64,000 nucleotides of DNA from Hyaloraphidium curvatum SAG 235-1 (Eukaryota; Fungi; Monoblepharomycota): positions 434,001-498,000 of the forward strand of contig JAIVFI010000025.1 of assembly GCA_025558095.1 (NCBI GenBank), read 5' to 3'. The notes below the pieces were generated by a model. That model had not been told where the DNA came from and ran no database searches. It was given only the letters and a program-made list of their open reading frames with translations. The translations under genes and the position numbers were made by a program. Position 1 is the first letter of the stretch; each line of letters begins with the position of its first letter. Shown piece after piece: positions 56,950 through 64,000 of the stretch.

Positions 56950-57757
56950 GGAGGGAACCCGCGGTGCGATCCAAGGTACGATGGCGGCTTACGGGAAGGA
57001 AATGACGGCTCGCAAAGTGCTATGCGCCGAGTGCCATCCCTCTTCCCAAGTGATGTATGGGGCGACTGGACGACGGATATACCAGGTGACAGGACCCGGA
57101 AACAGACCCCCCGTGCGCAACGCCGCGGAGCCGGCCCGCGACGATGGACGACGGCCACGATCCGCTGGCGCGTGAACTGCGCGAGCTCCAGCGGCGGGTG
57201 ACATGGCGCGGGGCGTGGCGCAGCTGGAACCGGGAGAAGTGGCGGATAATGCGCATCCTGAGTTCCCGACGCGGTCCACACGATCGTCGGGCCGCCCGGG
57301 ATCGGATCCGGAGCGGATCGGGGCCCAGTCGGAAAGGCGGGCGGCGTTGCGGGCGGCGGCGCGATCCGGGCGGCGGCGCGATCCAGGCGCCGACGCCGGG
57401 CGGCCGCGCGATCCGCGCCGGTGCGCGTCGGGAATCGGCCGCCGAATACGAAAGGGGATTGGGGGTCTCGTATGGACCTGCCCTGTGCGGTCCCGGGGTC
57501 AGGACGGTTAGGTTCGCCGATGTCGTGTCGGGGTCGAATGGGCGTTTCGGCGCCCCCTTGGTCGACGGCGGCCGACGGGCGGATCGGGGCCTCGGATGTG
57601 TCGTCCGAAAACGCGCCGAGATACTTGGACCAGCGCGGCCGCGATCGATGCGGGACGCGGCCGGCCGACGACGACCCGCCGTTGGAGCTCCGCCCGCCGC
57701 CCGATCACCCATCCAGGGCCTCGATCGCCGCCTTCGTCCGGCGGCGCGTTCCGCACC

Positions 57758-59890
57758 ATGGACGCCAGCGTGCGGCTCCGGACGTCGTGCGAGGGCTGCT
57801 CGCAGTCGCGCCGGCTGTGCGAGGCGACGCCCGACGGCGGCTGCGTGCGGTGCGCGGCGCGGGGGATGGAGTGCGTGCGGGCGCCGTCGCGCAAGCGGGG
57901 CCCCAAGGGGCCGTGGGGGCCGCGGCGCGCGCAGGGCAGAAAGGCTGCCGCGGACCGTGCGGAAACGGGAGGGGCGAAGGGGGCGGGCGGCGGCGGCGCG
58001 GGGGGCCGTGGCGGGGGCGCCGACCCGGGGCAGCCGGCGCGGGGCCCGTCGGCCGCCTCGTCCGCCTCGCTCGCCAGCCTGGACGGCACTCTCTCGTCGT
58101 CGTCGTCGCTGGCCGACCACGCCGACGCCAACTCGCTGGCGCTGCTGCCGCTGAGGGCGCCCCACCGGCAGCCGCCGCCCGACCTCACGCTGCCCGACAT
58201 GGACACCTTCTGGCTGTGCTGCACGCAGTTCTTCCTGCCGCGCACAATGCCGCACACGACCATCGTCGACCACCGCGAGCTGCTGCGCCCAGACTCGACG
58301 CCCATGCTGGTGCTCTGCTCGGTGCTGCTGGCAACCATCGCCGTGGCCCGCCAGGAGGTGCCCGACACCGTCGTCGCGCTCGAGGCCGCGCTGTTCGAGC
58401 GCGCAAAGGGCGAGATCATGTCGCTGCTCGACGGCGGCCAGCGCCCGCGCGTCGAGGCCTTTGCCGCCCTGGCAAACCTCAACCTGTGGACCTTCCACAA
58501 GGGCCTGCACGGGCTCGGCAGGAAAATCAACGACCTCGCCGACTTTTTGCTCGTGCGCGGGGGATACGTGCGCGAGGACATGCGCTCCGCGGACCCGCCC
58601 TCCTGGGCCGAGCACCTCGCCGCCACGCGCGGCCCGGGCATCTGGGACGCCGCCCTGTCCCCGGGCGAGCTCGCCGCCCTGCGCTCCGACTGGCGCGCCT
58701 ACTACACGCGGCAGCGGCTGGTGCACTTCCGCCTGTTCTGGAAGTGGATCCGCAAGGAGTGGGCGCGCGAGCGCGACGGCCTGGGCATGGACCTCGAGGT
58801 GCTCCGGCTGCCGGCGATCCCCCCTCCGGCGGTGTGGGAGGCCGCGGAGCAGCCGGGGTTCGACCCGCGCTGGGGCAGCCCCCCCATGCCCGTGGTCGCC
58901 GAGTCGCTGGGCTTCCTCGTGCTGGACCCCGCCGACCCAGCCCGCCCGGCCATGCTCGCCGCGCTCACCCCGCAGCTGACCGCCGGCCGCGAGGTCCTGG
59001 TGTGGCTGCGTCTCGTGCTCCGCCGCGAGGTGGACCGCTTCCTCGTCTCGTGCCGCGAAGCCGGGCTCGCCTCCCCCGCCGAGCTCCCCTCCGACCCGTC
59101 CTCCCCGGCCGCCCTGGCCTTGCCGCCCCCTTTGGCGCAGCTCCTCCGGCACCGCGCCGCGCTGGACGCCACCATCCTGCAGATCCGCGACGCGTACCCC
59201 CCCGCCGCCCGCCGCCTCGCGGAGGACGGCGACCCCACCGACTTTTTCGCGCTCCACACGGCGTCCATGGGGTCGCCCGCCATGGCGCACACCGAGGTGC
59301 CCAGGTTCCTGATGATCCTCCTTTTGCGCCTGGAACTGTACACGTCGCTCGGCGCCATCCTGGGGGAGGACCCCGAGCGCACCGCCGAGGCCCTGAGCAC
59401 CGGCCGCCGCGCTCTCCTTGCCGAGTTTGCCGCGGGGGGCGTCTACTCCGACTTGCTGGCCCACGCTTTGGCGTACACCAAGCTGTTCGAGCACCTCCTC
59501 CGCCTCTCCCCCATCGTCAACCAGTTCTCGGCCTACACCTCCCTGTTTTCCGTGTGCTGCCTGCACGCGACCTTTGCCTCGGCCATCCGCTCCACCCTCC
59601 CGCCGCACCCCTCCCCCTCCCACGCCGCGCTCGCCGAGGTCGAGCGCGGCGCGGAGGTCTGCATCCGCGCGTTCGAGCTGCTGGGCCGCGTGGGCCCCGT
59701 CGGCCCCGCGATGGCCGCGCTGGCGCGCAAGATGCTCCGCGGGGAGCGGATCGGCGGCGGCGAGGTCGGCGGGCCGATGCACCTCGCGGACGCGGCGGCG
59801 GCGGAGCAGGGGGGCGAGGACGTGGGCGTCAGGGGCGCGAGGGAGCTTGAAGGGCTGCTGGCGGTGTACCAGCGGTTCGCGGACCTTTGA
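57758..59890 (+). CDS. Zn2Cys6 transcription factor, intronless
   Basis: SCEGCSQSRRLCEATPDGGCVRCAARGMEC...RKRGPK followed by a long helical regulatory region. Confidence 0.87.
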   Translation: MDASVRLRTSCEGCSQSRRLCEATPDGGCVRCAARGMECVRAPSRKRGPKGPWGPRRAQGRKAAADRAETGGAKGAGGGGAGGRGGGADPGQPARGPSAASSASLASLDGTLSSSSSLADHADANSLALLPLRAPHRQPPPDLTLPDMDTFWLCCTQFFLPRTMPHTTIVDHRELLRPDSTPMLVLCSVLLATIAVARQEVPDTVVALEAALFERAKGEIMSLLDGGQRPRVEAFAALANLNLWTFHKGLHGLGRKINDLADFLLVRGGYVREDMRSADPPSWAEHLAATRGPGIWDAALSPGELAALRSDWRAYYTRQRLVHFRLFWKWIRKEWARERDGLGMDLEVLRLPAIPPPAVWEAAEQPGFDPRWGSPPMPVVAESLGFLVLDPADPARPAMLAALTPQLTAGREVLVWLRLVLRREVDRFLVSCREAGLASPAELPSDPSSPAALALPPPLAQLLRHRAALDATILQIRDAYPPAARRLAEDGDPTDFFALHTASMGSPAMAHTEVPRFLMILLLRLELYTSLGAILGEDPERTAEALSTGRRALLAEFAAGGVYSDLLAHALAYTKLFEHLLRLSPIVNQFSAYTSLFSVCCLHATFASAIRSTLPPHPSPSHAALAEVERGAEVCIRAFELLGRVGPVGPAMAALARKMLRGERIGGGEVGGPMHLADAAAAEQGGEDVGVRGARELEGLLAVYQRFADL

Positions 59891-60216
59891 GGATGGGGAT
59901 GGGATCGGTGGGGGGTTGGATGGCTGGGGGGCAAGGGGCCGCGGGTGATGTACAGCTGGCGGGAGCGCGGTGTATGTCGCGATCGTCCATTGCTGCCGTG
60001 AATTGATGGCCTGGATGTTCCGAGGGGCGAGTGAGCGTCCCTGAAATTGAGTCACGCGAGACCCTGTGAGGACGCATGCGCCACGCTGACTCGCCTGCAT
60101 CCCCCAGTGCCTCCGTTCTCGAAATCTCGGCCCAGAAAGATATAAGCCCGGCCTCCGACGTGCTCGGCAGGCCCTTTCGACAGCAAAGAAACTCAGATTG
60201 AACACAGCTGACCGCG

Positions 60217-61434
60217 ATGCGCCGCCCCGTGCTGCGCGGACTCCCCTCCTGCTCGACGCTCCCCGCCCGCAGGGCGCTACCCGGCCTCCTCCCCACCCTG
60301 CTCGCCCTCGCGGCGCTTTCTCTCATCCTCTCCCTGGCGGCCCCCGCCGCCGCCGCCCCCGTCAGCGCCTCGTGGCTCGCCGACCCCGAGCCCGGGGACC
60401 CCGCCTCGGTGCCCTACATAGACGTCGGGTACAACCTCACCAACGCCAAGGTCTTCTGCCCGCGCCCGGGAGCGCAGCCCCTCGTGGACGCCTCGGACCG
60501 CGCGATGCTCGACGCCCTGTACTGGAGCTACCGCCTGACGGACCTGACCGACTGCCTGCGGTACAACCAGAGCGAGGAAACCACGACCGCCTGCGTGGTC
60601 ACCCGCAACGTTGTGCCGTTCCGGGAGTTCCGCCCCGTGTACGGCCTGCAGACATCGACCTACGACGTCGCGGCCTACCTGGGCGTGGTCGCGGAGGACA
60701 ACACCGGCACGCCGCTGCACCGGCCCATGATCGTGCTCGGAGTCAGGGGTACGAGCAACTTCGAAGAGATCCTGCTCGACGTGCAGGGGTGGCAGGCCAA
60801 CTGCTCCGCCGTGGGGATCCGGCACCCGGACTGCATGGTGCACGAGGGGTTCAGCAAGGGGTTCAATGCGCTGCACGGACCCGTGGCCGAGATCCTCGAG
60901 GGGATGGTGGAGCGCTACCCGACCGCGGCCATACGGATCGCGGGGCACTCGCTCGGCGGCGCCCTGACGACGCTGTTTGCCCCGCACGTGGCGGCGAACT
61001 ACTCGGCCAACCACACCGTCACGCTCTTCACCTCGGGTAGCCCCCGCGTGTTTTCCCCCGGGTACGCAAAAGCGTTCAGGGAGCTGGTGCCGCGGGCGTA
61101 CAGGCTCGTGCAGTTCCTGGACCCCGTGCCGCACGTCCCCCCGAACGCGAGCGAGCTGCTCGGCAGCTACGCGCACGTCGGCGAGCCCTACTTCACCTTC
61201 TCCTCGTCGATCGGATCCTGCGGGCGGACGTACCTCGCCACCGCGCGCTGCACCCGGGTGGGCGACACGGGCGAGGACAGCGACTGCCAGAACACGCTGT
61301 GGAACTTCAAGGCTTCCTTCAAGACGGGGATCGAGGCCTTCCTCACCGGGGCCGCGTTCCTGAGCTCCTGGCCGTGGCACCCCAAGTACTTTGTCGAGCA
61401 CGTGCCGGTGAACCCGTTCCCGGGCAAGTGGTGA
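60217..61434 (+). CDS. Secreted class 3 lipase
   Basis: Hydrophobic signal, VRGT, VHEGF, GHSLGG, GSPRV, DPVPHVP, HVG, C-terminal His (HPKY). Confidence 0.92.
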   Translation: MRRPVLRGLPSCSTLPARRALPGLLPTLLALAALSLILSLAAPAAAAPVSASWLADPEPGDPASVPYIDVGYNLTNAKVFCPRPGAQPLVDASDRAMLDALYWSYRLTDLTDCLRYNQSEETTTACVVTRNVVPFREFRPVYGLQTSTYDVAAYLGVVAEDNTGTPLHRPMIVLGVRGTSNFEEILLDVQGWQANCSAVGIRHPDCMVHEGFSKGFNALHGPVAEILEGMVERYPTAAIRIAGHSLGGALTTLFAPHVAANYSANHTVTLFTSGSPRVFSPGYAKAFRELVPRAYRLVQFLDPVPHVPPNASELLGSYAHVGEPYFTFSSSIGSCGRTYLATARCTRVGDTGEDSDCQNTLWNFKASFKTGIEAFLTGAAFLSSWPWHPKYFVEHVPVNPFPGKW

Positions 61435-61624
61435 GGCGTCGAGGTGGGGCGGGGGAAGCCCCATTGGACCATCCGGGGCTCGGTCCCCTCCCTGTACATT
61501 TGCATGTATACTTGTTATTATCAAGACTTTGTCGTCGAACGCGAATGGACCCGAATGGGCCGTCTTGTCTTTTCTTGTGTCGGCGAAACGGACCCCGATC
61601 CGGCTTCCGACCCCGCTCGCTCCG

Positions 61625-64000
61625 ATGTCTGTCCCCCGCGCGGCGCGGCCGCTCCACCGGCCTTCCGCCGAAGCGGATCGCTTCCTGCCCGAATCGCCGC
61701 GCGCGCTGGTCCTCCCGTCGGGCGCGGCGCTCGCGTGGACAAACATCCAAACAGCGCGCGACGCGACGGCCGGCGGGGTGCACGTCCTGCGCGGCGGGGC
61801 GGCGGCTGCGGTGCGCGTGCCCGGACGCCCCGGATTCATTGTTCCCACGGAGCGGCCGGGCGTGGTGCTGGTCGGCGCGACGGACCGGGTCGGGCTGTTG
61901 GACCTGGCCGGCGCCGCGTGGACGCCCCTGGCCGCCGTGCCCGGCGCCGGCGAGCGCGTGCCGATCAACGACGGCGAGGCGACGCCCGACGGAAGCGCAG
62001 TGGTGTTCGGGACAAAGGACGCGAACGTGCTCGACGGGCAGAAGAAGTTCTCGCTCGACCTGGGCGGCGACCGCGTGGCGTTCGGGCAGCCCCGGCCAAA
62101 AGGGAAGCTGTACCTCTACACCCCGGGGGACAACCGCGTCTCGGTGCTGGCAGAGGGCATGTCGTGCTCCAACGGCAAGGTGTTTTCGCGGGCCGCAGAC
62201 GGATCGCTGACCCTGTACGACATCGACTCGCTCCGGCGCAACGTGACCGCCTACCCGTTGGACATTTCCGCGCGCACCCTCGGCCCGGGCCGCGTGTCTG
62301 CCGACCTGTCGCGCTACCGGGGCGTGCCCGACGGCATGTGCGCCGCGGGGGACGGCACCGCCGTCGTCGCCCTCTTCGACCCCTCGGCCTCGCCAACGGG
62401 GCTGGCGGTGCGGATCGAGCTCGAGGGCGGGCGGGAGGTGGAGCGGTGGGAGGTGCCGGGGTCGCCGAGGGTCACATGCCCGCTTCTGGTGCCCGGGGAG
62501 GGGGGAAACGGGGCGAAGCTGGTCCTGACGACGGCCGTCGAGGGGATGCCCGACAGAATGAGGGCGGTTTGCCCCGAGGCCGGCACGCTGTTCGAGGCCG
62601 ACACGGACCTCCGCGGCGTCCCCGAACCCGCACACGTCGTCATGGGGTCCTTGCTCGACTCCCCGCCCGCGAACGGTGAGGCCGACCTTTCCAAGGATGA
62701 GTTGGAGGACGACCCGCGCAAGCTCCGCGCGCTCCTGGACCTGGGCTCCCTCCTGGACGGCCTGGTCGAGGAGTCCCAGATGGAGCGCCGCTCCCTCGGC
62801 GAGACGCTGGCCCGCGTGCTGCCCGAGCTGTGCGGGTTCCTCGGCGCCAGGGGCGCGTTCGTCCGCAGCTTCGGGGAGGACCTCGCGCTCGGCACGTTCA
62901 AGCACCCGGCGGACCTGGAGATCCCGGACGAGCAGGGGGTGCTGCACGCCGCGGGGCCGGAGGAGAGGGGGGAGGTTGCCAGGATGGTGGGCACGGATCT
63001 GGTGCTGGCCAGGTCGATGGACGTCGCGGGGGAGTGGTTCGGCACCGCCGGGCTGGTGGTCCCGGCGGAGGCGATGCGCTGGGACGAGACGTTCATGGGG
63101 CGGTGCCTGCAGGTCGCGTGCGAGGAGCTCGACAACTTCCTCTTTGCGGTGGGTGGCGCTTCCGACGGAGCGCGCTGCGGACTGGTGACCGATATCCTTG
63201 TCGCAGATCCGCGCCGCCCGCGAGAAGCACCGCGTGATGATGGAGCTCGCCGACGCCCTGCGGCACCGCGTCCTCGGCGAGGGCCTCGTGCAGGCCGTCC
63301 GCGCGCTCTCGCGCGCCGTCCCGCTGGACCGCGTCCTGCTGGTCTGCGTGGCGGAGGAGGAAACCGCGCGCACGCTGCACGTCCAGCTCTTTGAGCAGGG
63401 CGAGCTCCGCGTGGACACGATGGGCTCGCTGCCGCCGCCCGACGACGAGAGTGAGATCAAGATGGAGGCCGGGGGGTACCTCCGCGGTGGGGACCGGGCG
63501 CTGCTGAGGCGGTTCGCGTTTGAGCACGCGCAAGAGGAGGTGCTGATCAACGGGGTGACGCATTCGACGGTCGTGGGCAAGGTGCTCGTCACGTCGCGGT
63601 TTGGGAGCTTCAACACGGTGGGCTTCGCGGAGAGCCCCATTGGTCTCGCATTGACACCCCCCCCCGCCCCCTCGTCCACGCAGTACGACCGCGAGCTCCT
63701 CGCCGGCTTCGCGGGCTTCGTCCGGCAGCGCGTGGTCGACTTCAACAAGGAGTGGCGCAACCTCGCCCGCAGCTTCCGCGCCGAGGACGTCGCCCGCCTC
63801 CTCCAATCGGACGATTACCGCCAGCGGTACCTCGGCCCCCGCGAGGAGGTCGTCGCGATGCTGTACGTCGACATCGCCGGGTTCACGCGGATCAGCGAGC
63901 AGGTCCTGGGCACGCCGAGCGCGGTGGCGGCGCTCGTGGAGACGTGGTCGGAGCAGGCGGTGCAGCTCGTGTGGGAGCACGGCGGGGTGTTTGACAAGAT
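61625..64000 (+). CDS. SMP-30/gluconolactonase beta-propeller fused to a class III adenylate/guanylate cyclase (partial, runs off window)
   Basis: FLPESP, INDG, CSNG, PDGM, VTCP (SMP-30); frame stays open to 63148; introns 63149-63206 and 63618-63683; then MLYVDIAGFTRISE...HGGVFDK. Confidence 0.85.

Noticed and set aside
57290-57430. Clustered GCGATCC/CGG motifs upstream of the Zn2Cys6 gene as autoregulatory sites
   Set aside because: Cannot be distinguished from background at this GC content without statistics.
57020-60205. 1061-aa minus-strand ORF, and similar long R/G/A-rich ORFs such as 61343-63760 and 42265-44025
   Set aside because: Antisense shadows of GC-rich genes with no recognisable motifs.
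1-64000. Bacterial origin or contamination of the contig; a lipid-metabolism gene cluster
   Set aside because: Spliceosomal introns and fungal-specific genes occur throughout. The lipid-related genes are scattered among unrelated genes and belong to large common families.

Overview
Eukaryotic, gene-dense, very GC-rich DNA. Short GT-AG introns (mostly ~50-70 nt, CTGAC/CTGAT-type branch points), Zn2Cys6 transcription factors and a Cys/Met-rich Ctr transporter point to a fungus, probably an early-diverging chytrid/monoblepharid-like lineage (taxon is inference). About 35 protein-coding genes can be reconstructed by splicing ORF fragments by eye; most long ORFs in the track are antisense or intron read-through artefacts. 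No rRNA, tRNA, CRISPR array or intact transposon was recognised. Main observation: a 5-exon gene (6936-8750), absent as such from the ORF track, encodes a phage-type DNA thymidine-hypermodification-family domain (aGPT-Pplase1-like) fused to a C-terminal chromodomain. It is followed 97 bp later by an intronless bacterial-type diamine-forming PLP decarboxylase and preceded by a RidA-family gene, making it a candidate chromatin-targeted DNA base-modification module. Other notable items: a Zn2Cys6 factor fused to two bacterial-type PAS domains, an SMP-30/lactonase fused to a class III nucleotide cyclase, an intron-rich FabI, several bacterial-looking genes, a METTL4-like methyltransferase, three tandem RING-CH ligases, and a ~2.3 kb inverted gene duplication with a sharp identity gradient. 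All family assignments come from motif recognition, not database searches.
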